DNA of 64,000 nt. Source: Macrostomum hystrix. Lineage: Eukaryota; Animalia; Platyhelminthes. Below are positions 13,465-24,810 of this stretch, piece after piece. Location of the stretch: assembly GCA_950097015.1 (NCBI GenBank), contig CATNEN010000001.1, forward strand, positions 12,586,001 through 12,650,000. The letters are read 5' to 3'. Both the position numbers and the translations under genes were made by a program. The number at the start of each line of letters is the position of its first letter. The stretch's first letter is position 1. Below the pieces are notes generated by a model. It saw only the letters and a program-made list of their open reading frames with translations, did not search any database and was not told where the DNA came from.

Positions 13465-14339
13465 CTAAATAAGCGGACCTGGATTTTGGAATAAATTTTC
13501 AATACTATTGATATTTGAAGTAGTATTGTTGAGACTGGTAATATCATTGACATTACTTTGTGATGCTTCTGCACTTTGACTACATTCTTCATTGAGGCTT
13601 ATCTCAGCCTCAGCAGCATAGTCATTTTGCTGTGTAGCCACTATTGCAGAATCATTACCATTTGCACTAGTACCTTGCATGCCAACAAGTAATGCTTCAT
13701 TTTGGTTTGCCAGAGTACCTTCAGTGCTAATTGTAGGTGCTACATTTCTCTCATTCCATTCTGAATGAGACCAAAATTTTACTTCACCATGATCAGAAAT
13801 TGCCTGAAATTGTGCAACACATTGCTGTTGGTTAAGATTATGGGGTGAAAAGAAGTTGGGAATAAAACGTCCTGGCCCTTTCTTCTGACCTGTAGCTAAA
13901 TCAGAAGCTATAAGTGCCCATTGAATTGCACCAGAGTTGCCTGCCCTTTCATAAGCGTCCTTAGCTATTTTACTAAGCTCTTTGCGCATGTAGACAACAC
14001 CCTTTTTAATAATTTCTTCAAACTTTCCTTCTGTTTGAGGAAGCTGCTGCAAATTTTGAAGCCTGTGTTGCGCTTGCTTATCTGCTCTTATAAAATCAAC
14101 AATAGAACTACATGCTTCTTGGACCTGTCCACTCAAAGTGCCAGTGACATCTTTAGAACAGTGATAAATGGCTCTGTCATGTTCAGTAATTCTAATAACA
14201 ATGTAAGTTTCTTTATGTTTGTCCAAGTCCTGAATGATTCTTTTAATTGGGCGAGGTCGATTTTTAGCAGCTTTTCTTAGTCGTTCTTTTTTTGCTATAC
14301 TTAGACCCCTATACTTCTCTAGCAATGCTGAAGTCCAAG
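13465..14339 (-). CDS. Uncharacterised ORF/large terminal exon (~290 codons); basic helical N-part, N/S/Q-rich tail; possibly transposon-derived
   Basis: Long non-repetitive open frame in AT-rich DNA. A tttcag acceptor at ~14340 continues in frame as (A)WTSALLEKYRGLSIAKKERLRKAAK. No family confidently recognised. Confidence 0.45.
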
Positions 14340-16491
14340 CTGAAATGAAGAAGTATATGATATTAAAAATATTTAAACGAGATTTCCACTAAACTAGGCT
14401 TTTGTCCAGAACTGCAAGAATTAAAAGTGAGGCCATGCTTAAGGTAATCTCCCCTTGACCTCAGGGGAGAGAACAACACCATAACTGAATTAACTGTTTA
14501 AATATAAAATGAAAAATTAACACCCAAACCAGCATTATGCATGAAAGCATATTTACCAAGTTTTTAAGGCAGTCACCCATTTTTTAGAAACTAAGAAAGC
14601 TGCCCTTTTCCTTTTTCCAGTCAGCTGTACAATTCTGAACAAAAACCAAGTTCGTAGGTGCAGAAATGCCCAATTCCTTTAAATCTTACTGTATATAAAA
14701 CACTTACTAGCACAGCCCTTCTTTCGAAGAAATTCATTGCCGCTAGTAGGTCCCATCTAAAATTAAGTTTTTAGCAATATGTAAATCAAATGTCTGTCAC
14801 ATGAACTATTTACCTACACTTCATTGGCAAACTATATATTTTTGGAGTCTATAGGCATGTCAAGTAATACCATATTATAGGGCCACAAAATGGTCAAGTT
14901 AGAAAATCCAAAACTGTAACATGTCACCATTGCTATTAATAGGAAAAAGCATAAAAAATTCATGAAATACAATTTCGAATTCTTAACTTGAAAATTAGTT
15001 CTACTTTGAAACTTTTTCTTCAGGAATTATTTAGCATGGGCATGGTGAATTTTTTGGTCTTGGAACAGCTATTTAAGTATTCTATAGCTACCAGTGGGAC
15101 TGATATATTCATTTCCTTGAAGGTACTCTTAACAGGCCCTAGTCAAAACACATGCTGCACACATTTCACAAGCTTTGAGTTTTTTCAACTTTTAAAGAGG
15201 TAATCACAGTTTAATCATGGTTTTCAGTTTTTGCACTAAATATTGATACTAATACATTTTCCTCAAACATTTCCAGCCTGCCTTGCTTGCTGCCTGACTG
15301 TTCGCTTGTCAACATTATGGACTCTAATGGACGACTAGGTCTATGCTGTCAAACTGCCATTGTCTGGTTCTAGGCAAGCCTCAAGTTACTGCAATACTTT
15401 TGCTCTCAGAGCTAGCTACTGTCAGCCTGCAGCTCGACTCTTTGGACGAGCGTGTGAGTTAATATCTATAAAAATATTGATTGCTTTTGTGAAAGTTACA
15501 GTTCAATGTGAATTCAAATGCAATGGCCCTCATTTTTTATAAACAGGTGTTTTGGCCCTATATGGTCCCATTCTATTAATGCTACATGCTAATAACAATA
15601 ATTAAACGAGGACTCGATTCCATGTGATTCTCAGATTCTCCTCTCTATATCAGCCTCGAGGAGACATGCCCGCTATGGTCAGGCATTTTCCTTATATTTA
15701 ACACACTGACTTTGACAAATAGAGGCTGTTCCTGTTTCTAACTTTCAATTACATTCAAATTCTGCCGCTTTCCACAGTGCTTTTTTCATCTGCTCTCTCT
15801 CCCGATCTCTCCATCATTCCCCTTTTCTCCTGCGCCAGATGCAGAGTAAGAACGGCTAACAGTTGATACTACTCCTCATCTAGTAGTCTGTGTCGCAACT
15901 TTTCTGTATTGGTTTGACTGAAATATTCACTTCCTTGAAGGCACTCTTAACAGGTCATAGTCACAGGCCACAGGGCATGTTACATATTTCTCCGGGCTGC
16001 AGGTGTGGGTGCAGTGTGGGTGATTAAGAGTTGGACTATCTAAGATTTGACACCTTGATCTGAATGGCGTAGGCGAGGGGGTCATACTAGCTACTAGTAG
16101 CCGAACACTAGTAGTATGGGTTACCAGAAATCTGCCTAACACAGGGGAAATAGGAGAGCGTGCATTTGAATGGGAGAGGGTGGCCTATCCTCTGCATATA
16201 GGATAGGTGACGCTGTGACGATCTATGTGGCTGAGGGGTTGGAGCCCCATTACAATTACTCAACAGAATTCTGAGCACCAAAAATTAGCGAAAATTATCA
16301 GCATGAGCTTGCCGTGACACCCGAGACAGTAATGACCCCTGGAATGGATTTCTAGGCTATGTATGCCACTGTTTAGATCTGCATGAAAAGCTTGTTTAGC
16401 AGGCAGCATTAATGAGCTATTACTACTATAAATATTGATAGTAATATTTATAATACCAGCAATTTCCAACTATGTAGATTATTATACAGCA

Positions 16492-16835
16492 GTAACAAAT
16501 ATGGATTGATTTTGACATGCCACAAACTCTTACAATACATTATTACAAATAGGAAAATATTAAACCGACATGGGTCAAATAACAAATATGGATTGATTTT
16601 GACATGCCACAAACTCTTACAATACATTATTACAAATAGGAAAATATTAAACCGACATGGGTCAAATAACAAATATGGATTGATTTTGACATGCCACAAA
16701 CTCTTACAATACATTATTACAAATACGAAAATATTAAACCGACATGGGTCAAATAACAAATATGGATTGATTTTGACATGCCACAAACTCTTACAATACA
16801 TTATTACAAATAGGAAAATATTAAACCGACATGGG
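16492..16835. repeat. 87-bp tandem repeat, ~4 copies
   Basis: TAACAAATATGGATTGATTTTGACATGCCACAAACTC... repeated; gives 29-aa periodic ORFs on both strands. Confidence 0.9.
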
Positions 16836-17349
16836 CACCTAAACTTGGCTTACCTGTCAGTTCTTATTTGAGCTAATAAAAAAGGTTTCTATTTAACAAT
16901 TCTAGCTAGTATAGTATATAGAATTAGATTTGAAGTTTTGACTCGACGAGCTCTTTACTATTCGAGTTTTGGTGGGAAGAGGAAAAACAGCTCGTTCCCC
17001 TTTGTCCCCCGCTCAAATAGGGATGTATGGCACCATCGTCTAGTTCGTTCCCAAGTTCGCGTAAACAACCCCTCCCAGCCAACCACGCTTCATCATGGGG
17101 TTCCCACGCTTCACGTTCCCACAGGGAGCTCATGAGCTGCACTCGTCTAGCCGGACTCATGGCACGGTGAGGTGACCTGGGCTAGCCGTCTAATTTTTAC
17201 CGTGAGCTGGGGCCGGCTAGTCCACGGCCGTTAGGTGCCCAAGCAGCACTGAGACTGAGTGCGGTGAGTGCGGTGGCGTCCCAGTGCGCAGGGCTCTCCG
17301 GTCGATATTTCTCTCCAGCCAGCCTGGGATAGAAGAAGGAGAGAGGCTG

Positions 17350-17969
17350 GCGTTGACTGGCTGTCAGAGAGGGCAATTCTGTGTCCTAGAAATGATGCCG
17401 CCAACGAAATTAACTACCAACTGCTTCAGGAGTTGCCAGGTGCAGTTTTCACCTACAAGTCAATTGATACAACGTTGACTGATGACACCGCTGTGGAGTA
17501 TCCTGTTGAGTTTCTGAACTCTCTAGATCCTCCTGGAACTCCATCGCACAACTTGCAGCTGAAAGTTGGGGCACCAATTATGCTCCTCCGCAACCTGAAT
17601 GCGCCAAGGCTGTGTAACGGCACCAGACTGATAGTCAGGCGGCTCTTCCCACACGTGATTGAGGCCACGATAATGACTGGATCTGGCAGAGGAGAGTCTG
17701 TGTTCGTTCCCCGGATTCCAATTATCCCCACGGACCTGCCATTTCAGTTCAAGCGACTGCAGTTCCCTGTGAGAGTGTGCTTTGCGATGACTATTAACAA
17801 GGCTCAGGGACAGTCGCTGAAGGTGGCTGGCATCAACCTGGAGACTCCTTGCTTCTCGCATGGGCAGCTTTATGTCGCCTGCTCCCGTGTTGGAACTCCA
17901 GCTGGCCTATTCATTTTCGCACCAAGGGGAAGAACGAAGAATGTGGTGTATCCCCAGGCCTTGAGGTGA
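17350..17969 (+). mobile_element. Helitron Rep/helicase remnant (PIF1-like helicase C-terminal half)
   Basis: WLSERAILCPRN, YPVEFLNSL, LKVGAPIMLLRNL, LCNGTRL, PRIP, FKRLQFPVRVCFAMTINKAQGQSL, FSHGQLYVACSRV, TKNVVYP are the classic Helitron helicase motifs. The N-terminal Rep domain and Walker motifs are absent. A possible degenerate 3' hairpin/CTRG end lies at ~18603-18633. Confidence 0.9.
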
Positions 17970-18121
17970 CTCGCAAGCAATTAATAGAAAAGTAGTCACG
18001 AATTGACCTTGACCTGTCTAACTCTGAACTCTGAAACAGTTTAATTTTGTTTCTTTGACATTGTTATTGTTATGCCATGGCTATTTTCCTTATGTATACG
18101 CGTGTACATGCATACTGTATA

Positions 18122-18395
18122 CAGAGGCAGATTTAGGGGGGGGCGGGGGGGCAGTCGCCCCCCTAAATTTTAATCATGGGAATAAGATGCCCCCCATCAG
18201 GGGCGCCAGTCGCAGCACTGGCGCCCCTTTTCGGCCGCTGGCGCCCCTTTTTCAGCCGCTGGCTCCCGTTTTTCAGCCGCTGGCGCCCTTTCTTGGCTCC
18301 TGGCGCCCTTTTTCGGCTGCTGGCACCCCCTCTGTGATTCTCATGGCGCTCCCCTGACAGACCGCCCCAAAACAAAATTCCTGGATCTGCCACTG
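18122..18395. mobile_element. Non-autonomous hAT MITE, 274 bp
   Basis: TIRs CAGAGGCAGATTTAGG / CCTGGATCTGCCACTG. Perfect 8-bp TSD ACTGTATA at 18114-18121 and 18396-18403. Internal GGCGCCCC subterminal repeats. Confidence 0.88.
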
Positions 18396-19368
18396 ACTGT
18401 ATAGAGGAGTGGCTAAGAGACATGTTTCTAAAGAAGTAATCAAGAGGGGGCTGTTTGGACAAACTTTTCACTTATTTTTTACTTAAAACGCCCTTAAACA
18501 AACTCTTCACTTTTCATTAATGCAGTAAATAAATAAATGGTGACCTTCACTATAAAGTTAATACAGAGACCTGAATTGCTTTCTGCTTTGCTTTAAATTT
18601 CTGCCCCAAAAACAACGGGCAAAAAAAGCTTGTATTGGATAAATTAAGGAAGGTGCGAGATTTTGTTTTTGCCATGAAAAAAGAAGTCATTTTCAAACAA
18701 ATATAATTGAAAATATTAAAATTGAAATTTATTACGTCGTGTTTTATCTATTTTGTCAATTAAGTTGAGTGGCAACGGTTGTACTGACCTCTAACAGCCA
18801 AAGAACTGCAAGCTACAAAAAAATCAAACTCACAGTTTGAGCAGTTAATGGAAGCAACTAGGCAAGCTTAACATCATTCTTATCTCAAATACGCTACACA
18901 ATAAATTAATGTAAACAACTGTCATTGTTAGAAATTGACTTATTTTAAAAGGGAAAATTTGTCGAGAAAATTTCTCTGTCCCTCCGTGTCGTAGAGGCTA
19001 CTCTCGCATATACGAGTAACGGTTTGCTTTATTCCTGAACAATGCTACCTAAGAAAATTTTACTTTTCAAGTGCCAATAACATCCAACAGACGATAAGAG
19101 ACATATGCTCCCATTGGCAAAGTTTACAAGAGGTTTTTTTAAGTAAACATTTTTCATGGCTTCTGTTTCACAAGACATTAAAATGTCAAATTTAAAGATC
19201 TACTTCGAAACTACACGCCAAGGTTAATGAGTAGCTTACTATAATTAAAGTTTACTTTAACAAAAAGGCTTCAAATACTTTTTGTACTTCTGCGTATCAC
19301 AAAGTGTATATTTTTACTTAAGCGACAAGCTTTTTCGAGCATTATTCTAAAAAAGCTTACGATGAAAC

Positions 19369-20251
19369 TGTTGTAATTCCTCGGTATGGTCGGCAATTCG
19401 CCAACGCGGTAGTAGGGGTTCGGGTACGGAACGCCCAAAGCTTGCCGGGGGTGGAGGGAGGGGAAGCAGCGACCCTCGAGGCGTCCAGACACTCCGAGGA
19501 GAGACGGGGTGGACTTGGAGCGTACCGACACTCGCTAAGCCCTGACTGAAGACTTTGACTGCGAGCGGGTAGCCACTCGACAGCCCCAGAGAGAGGTGGA
19601 TGATGGTCTGGAGGCGTACCGACACTTCGCAGACTCGAGGGAAGACTCTGGAGGAGAAGGATGATGATGAGCTTTTGACACTAGCAGAGGTCGGGCAGAG
19701 GAACAAGGTTTGAGCACGGACAAATAAATAACTCGTGAATGCTTTTCTTACCGGGAGGGATTGAACGTTGCACTCATGGCAAGTATTGTAGTTCAGGCTG
19801 CGTAGTTTATTATTGATCGTTCGCTTCTTACTCTTAAGTTCGCTCTAACTAAGGGCAACGTTCTTGCAATAGTAATCGGGAGGCGCGGGCTGGCCACGGG
19901 CAGCGCGCGCTAATAAATAACAGCCTGGGGTGGGGGCGAGGGCATAGGGCTGGACGGGGTAGGGCTAAGCCACGCAGGGCTGGGGTGGGGCAAACACAAG
20001 GCTGAGAGCAGAGAGAGAGAATGAGACCGGCTAGCCAATCAGAAGTCTCCTTGGCGAGAGGCCTGATTGGACTAGCGAGGACGGTGCATAGGTAGCGAGG
20101 ACGGGGCAGCCAATGGGCGAACGACAACCAACGATAAAGGAGGGTGGCCTAAGCCGGGGCCGGCCAGAACTGGGTTGAGCAGGTGGCCGGGGTGGAAGGG
20201 TTAGAGACGCAGGGGTCGGGGCAAGGTCACTGTGAGACGCAGCTCACAACA
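19369..20251 (-). mobile_element. Solo LTR (883 bp), probably Gypsy/Ty3-type
   Basis: Termini TGTTGT...ACAACA. 4-bp TSD AAAC at 19365-19368 and 20252-20255. GC-rich block in AT-rich flanks, with CCAAT boxes and a minus-strand AATAAA at ~19807. Confidence 0.75.
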
Positions 20252-20314
20252 AAACTTCTAAAAATTATTTATTGTAAAAATCATGCTATTCTCCAAGACA
20301 AAGGTCTGCAACAT

Positions 20315-21216
20315 CTAGAACAGAAGCACTTCGCACAGGCTGAGGTGCAAACCGGTTAGTGACACAACACGGACCCGCTTCCCGAAGCCAGAGCAGTCCA
20401 GCGTCATGACCGAGAAGCTCACAGTCAAGTTCACCCTGGCGCACTCGACTCCGTCCAGCAGCAGCGCGAACTTGTTCAGCCTGTCGGCGCAACAGTCCTG
20501 CCTATTGTAAATTTGAACAGTCGAGATGCGAGCGACTTCAACGAGTTCCACCTCCCACCACTGATCGGCACCGAACAAGGTGTGCGTGCACGACCTCGCC
20601 GAGTAGTTCTGATTAGTGTTACCGTCCAAGGCTTTCGCGCAGAGTCCGTAGCTGTATGTTGAGCTCTGTGTGCAACCACTTACTCTTAGCTCTGAAGTGG
20701 GATAATAAATCACGGGGAGAATTTCTTTATTTTGTGTCGCGAAGAATGGATCTAGGTTTTATCGTTTGAAGCAACATTTGATCCGCTCTAGATAGGCCTA
20801 CTCGTACTTAGAATTTTATATTTTGATTAATATTCAAAATCTGCTTTCACTGAGTCCAGTAAACTGCTACGATTACTTGCGTTAATCTGCAGTTGAAAGG
20901 GCTTACCTCCCAATGACACTCTGTAGATGTTCCTTGGTTCCGGGCTGCTTAACCACAGCGATTCGTTGAGGAACGCCGAGGCATTGAACACGCGGCACTG
21001 AGAGACTTTTCGCAGCCAGTAGAAGCCATAGCAGAACCAGGACAGGGCCTTGCACTGCAGTGAGCACTGCAGCTTGCTGTCAACGCCTGCTACGGATCGG
21101 AAGTGGTCAGGAACCAGCCAGCTGTCCTGGTAAGTCAGAGAGAAGGCCTGCTTGTTCTGGCAGCTTCCGGAAACCGCTGTGGCCAAGGCAAGAAGCAATG
21201 CTGCCCTAATGGGCAT
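20315..21216 (-). CDS. Secreted PAN/Apple + F-type lectin (fucolectin) domain protein, 228 aa (exons 21216-20907, 20691-20315)
   Basis: Signal peptide MPIRAALLLALATAVSG. PAN-like C-x3-C...C.GF.W....C pattern. Phase-1 GTAAG...TTCAG intron. FTL domain with ALDGN and an intact H-x26-R-x-D-x4-R motif (CTHT...WWEVEL...YNRQDCCADRL). Confidence 0.85.
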
Positions 21217-21644
21217 TGTAGAGTTTTTGGGACGTTTTTTCAAGTATCTCTCACTGCTACTATAATTTGATGCGCGGGTGAGCTTATATTTTAGTCTGGA
21301 CAACAATGAGTTGCTGATACGGGCTCCTATCTGGCTGTGACAAATGGACAAAACTCATTAATGAGCAAGGATGCTAGACAGATCACATGAACAATGCCCT
21401 GCGTACTGTCCATTAGTCTCCCTAGAGAATAGAAGAGAATAGCCACCTGATCGTTTAGCTCTTAAAGTTATTTTTTGCTGTGTAAACTATAGCTGCATAC
21501 TATACGAGACGAACTATAGACTATTTAATGCTCAGAATCGTTTTCAAAAGTCTTTATCCAAGCTTTTTAAATAGACAAACATGATTACTAGCCTTTCCTG
21601 GCTTAATAATCTGCAAACGAAACTTTTCTTCTGAACAATACTTT

Positions 21645-21860
21645 TGATAGAGAGATCGGGGGTTCGAATCTCAACTCAAAGAAGACTATTTGTGTCCTTG
21701 TGCAAGAGACATAATTTTCTAGTGCACCCATCTATAAATTTGGTACCGGAATCAGCTGGTTTGAAAATGCCCAACTTGGAACTATACAACCCAACGGCTG
21801 AACAGCCTTTGGTAGTTCCGCACAATGGCTGCAGCTGTGTCACTGGCTGTAAAATTTTGA
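21645..21860 (+). mobile_element. tRNA-derived SINE family B, degenerate copy
   Basis: B-box GGTTCGAATC, TGTGTCCTTG.GCAAGA core and CACCCA.CT..AAAT..GTACC; similar to the 31597 copy. Confidence 0.6.
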
Positions 21861-22016
21861 ACAACAATTTACTACTCAAACTAGAAGTAGGGCCTGATGA
21901 TCATGATCAGCAGCTACGTATACCTATGTTTTACGGCTTTTACAGCCAGAGCCTACTGATCTCATTAAAATATTTTTACTGTTGTTTTAATAATTAATAT
22001 TTAATAATTGCTGGAG

Positions 22017-22182
22017 CGCTGTGGGCAATGGCAAATCATTTAGTGACAGTAGACCCACAGCCAGTGAAGAAGCGATTGCCCCCATTCCGTTGACTCCTGA
22101 GCACACACGGACACAGATACAGGCAGGCATGCTCACACAGGTGTGTACATCTGCCCTGACTTTCTCATCATCGTCAGGCAGT
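22017..22182 (-). mobile_element. tRNA-derived SINE family A, 3' half
   Basis: Reverse complement matches the 50672-50988 copy. Confidence 0.75.
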
Positions 22183-22371
22183 TTAAACTCGAAAAAGTCG
22201 AGAAACGAACGCTTGTGTATCTTATCGAAGTCAACTGTCCATGGTTTTTTAAGCAATCCCTTCCAATGGCTCTAGCCCGGCAGGCACTGGAGGGAATACC
22301 TGACCCGTGTAACTGTGGCTTCAACAATGACACCTGGCTGCGGCCCTGTGCGTTCTTCCACGGGCTTAAAG

Positions 22372-22466
22372 CCCGTGGCAGTAGTGGCGCCCCGTGGCAA
22401 TAGTGGCGCCCCGTGGCAGTAGTGGCGCCGTGTGGCAGTAGTGGCGCCCTGTGGCAGTAGTGGCGT
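22372..22466. repeat. ~19-20-bp repeat (CCGTGGCAGTAGTGGCGCC)n
   Basis: About 5 tandem copies. Confidence 0.8.
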
Positions 22467-23367
22467 ATCAATTGTTGTTTTACTTTTGTTTGCATCAATG
22501 CGGGTTGTAGCTTAGAATGTGGTTACACACCGTTGAACTGACAACTTGGCGGTCGGGGGCGACTGTCGGGACTTTCAATAAAAGCACCCGATCGGCTTCT
22601 CAAAGACGGCTGCATCTTTGTGTCCAAAATGCTGAAATCGAACTCCCCTGCGAGTGATTGGCAAAGAGTTTGTGGAGCTGACATATGGTTCTATGATGAA
22701 GTTTTGTGGGCAGAAAAAATATCCCAACATTGGTGGTTTTTTCTACCTGAAAACCGGACGAGAATCGGTGAATATCTTGACGATGATGATTTTTTGTGAT
22801 TATGGAATTATTATTACTTGATAATAACTAATGCATGCCAATAATCTTAAGCAAGCCAGTGGAACACATGCCGGGGATGTTCGAGCCGTATTTTGAACCC
22901 GTTAAGTTTCATTCAGACCGAAAAAAATGTTGCCACCGCGAGCCAGAACACACGAGCCGCTCATGCAGGCAGAACCGCCGCCACCGCCAACGTGGCCCCA
23001 CTGAACCCCGGCGCCGCCGCCGCTGTAGCCACCGCCCGCGCCGCTGGCTGGATTGCCGCCGCCGCCGCCACCGCCGAAGCCGCCGTTGCCAGCGAGGTTG
23101 CCAGCGCCTGAGACGCCGTCCCGGCGTAACCAGAGCCCCCGCTCCCATCCTCCTTGCTGCGACGCTCAGCCAGCCCGCTCCGCAGCCGCCGTCTTTCTCA
23201 GCTCCATAAGTCCGTTCCGGCTGGTTCCAGCCTGCCAGCCCGTCAATACCTCCTTAGCCGGTGAAATACTCCTGACCAGAATAATCCATTGAGTTGCTGA
23301 AATTCTTTTGAGCTTCACCCGGTTGGCCTACAAAGAGTGAGTTTAGACGTTCAAAAAAAATTGCAGC

Positions 23368-23612
23368 AGTGCTGTGGGCTATGGAACATCATTTGGTGAC
23401 AGTAGACCCGCAGCCAGCGAGGAGGCAATTCTGCCCGTTTTGCTGACTCCAAACACTCACACAGGTGTGTACATCTGCCCTGACCTTCTCATTGTCCGGC
23501 AGTGTACACTCTAGCAGTGCCTTGGGGGTTGACCTTTAAAGGCTTAAATTGCACGACGAGCCCCCAAAAACCCGATCTCCGCGTCAAATGAAAGTGGCCC
23601 CGCCGCGGAATC
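23368..23612 (-). mobile_element. tRNA-derived SINE family A
   Basis: Reverse complement matches the other family A copies. Confidence 0.75.
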
Positions 23613-23705
23613 AGTGCCACGGTATGACCTTTTAAGGGCGCGGCTGTTTCTCACGTCACTGAGGCCCTGCAATTCAGTGCAGGTGATCACTACAAACATT
23701 TAAAA

Positions 23706-24420
23706 GGGCTCACAGTGGACACAATGGACTCACAGACAGTCAGGACACAATGGACTCACAGACAGTCAGGACACAATGGACTCACAGACAGTCAGGACAC
23801 AATGGACTCACAGACAGTCAGGACACAATGGACTCACAGACAGTCAAGACACAATGGACTCACAGACAGTCAAGACACAATGGACTCACAGACAGTCAAG
23901 ACACAATGGACTCACAGACAGTCAAGACACAATGGACTCACAGGCAGTCAAGACACAATGGACTCACAGACAGTCAGGACACAATGGACTCACAGACAGT
24001 CAAGACACAATGGACTCACAGACAGTCAAGACACAATGGACTCACAGGCAGTCAGGACACAATGGACTCACAGACAGTCAAGACACAATGGACTCACAGA
24101 CAGTCAAGACACAATGGACTCACAGGCAGTCAAGACACAATGGACTCACAGACAGTCAAGACACAATGGACTCACAGACAGTCAGGACACAATGAACTCA
24201 CAGACAGTCAAGACACAATGGACTCACAGACAGTCAGGACACAATGGACTCACAGACAGTCAAGACACAATGAACTCACAGGCAGTCAGGACACAATGAA
24301 CTCACAGACAGTCAGGACACAATGAACTCACAGACAGTCAGGACACAATGAACTCACAGACAGTCAGGACACAATGGACTCACAGACAGTCAAGACACAA
24401 TGGACTCACAGGCAGTCAGG
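23706..24420. repeat. 26-bp minisatellite (GGACTCACAGACAGTCAAGACACAAT)n
   Basis: Direct tandem copies; open in all three + frames (artefact ORFs). Confidence 0.92.
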
Positions 24421-24810
24421 AATCCGAGTCCCATACAAGTCCAAGAAGATGTCAGAGGAAAATTCATTAGAACTAAATGTGGATTAAAGCTAGCAAGTAC
24501 TTTTAATTTTAGCAATTCTGTCGCGAGCCATTTTTTGCAAGTTGCTGTTTCCATGCAAAACTGCTGCTAGCTTTTTAGTTTTTTTTTGCTTCGAGACGTT
24601 TGCTTCGAGATACTTAAACATGCGTCGTATTTTTACACAGAAAATTATTTTACAAAAAAATCTAAGCCTGAATCGAATGATTGACAGGTTCAACTCAAAA
24701 ATCCTACTTTTTTTGCTAAGGAGAGTTTTAAGGATGAGCACTCAATAAATTCCTTAAAAATGATCATTTAGCTTCATAATTGTTGCGTCTACTTAGCACA
24801 GAAATTGACA

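Noticed and set aside
22184-23346. Possible inserted element with a GC-rich Ala/Arg ORF-like core
   Set aside because: Only a 7-bp terminal inverted match (TAAACTC/GAGTTTA), no convincing TSD, and no recognisable protein.
23715-24325. Long repetitive ORFs (also 4331, 25946-26730, 29798-30746, 32410-33412, 36796-37256, 57515-57983, 61871-62399, 63200-63853)
   Set aside because: They are translations of stop-free minisatellites, often open in several frames and on both strands.
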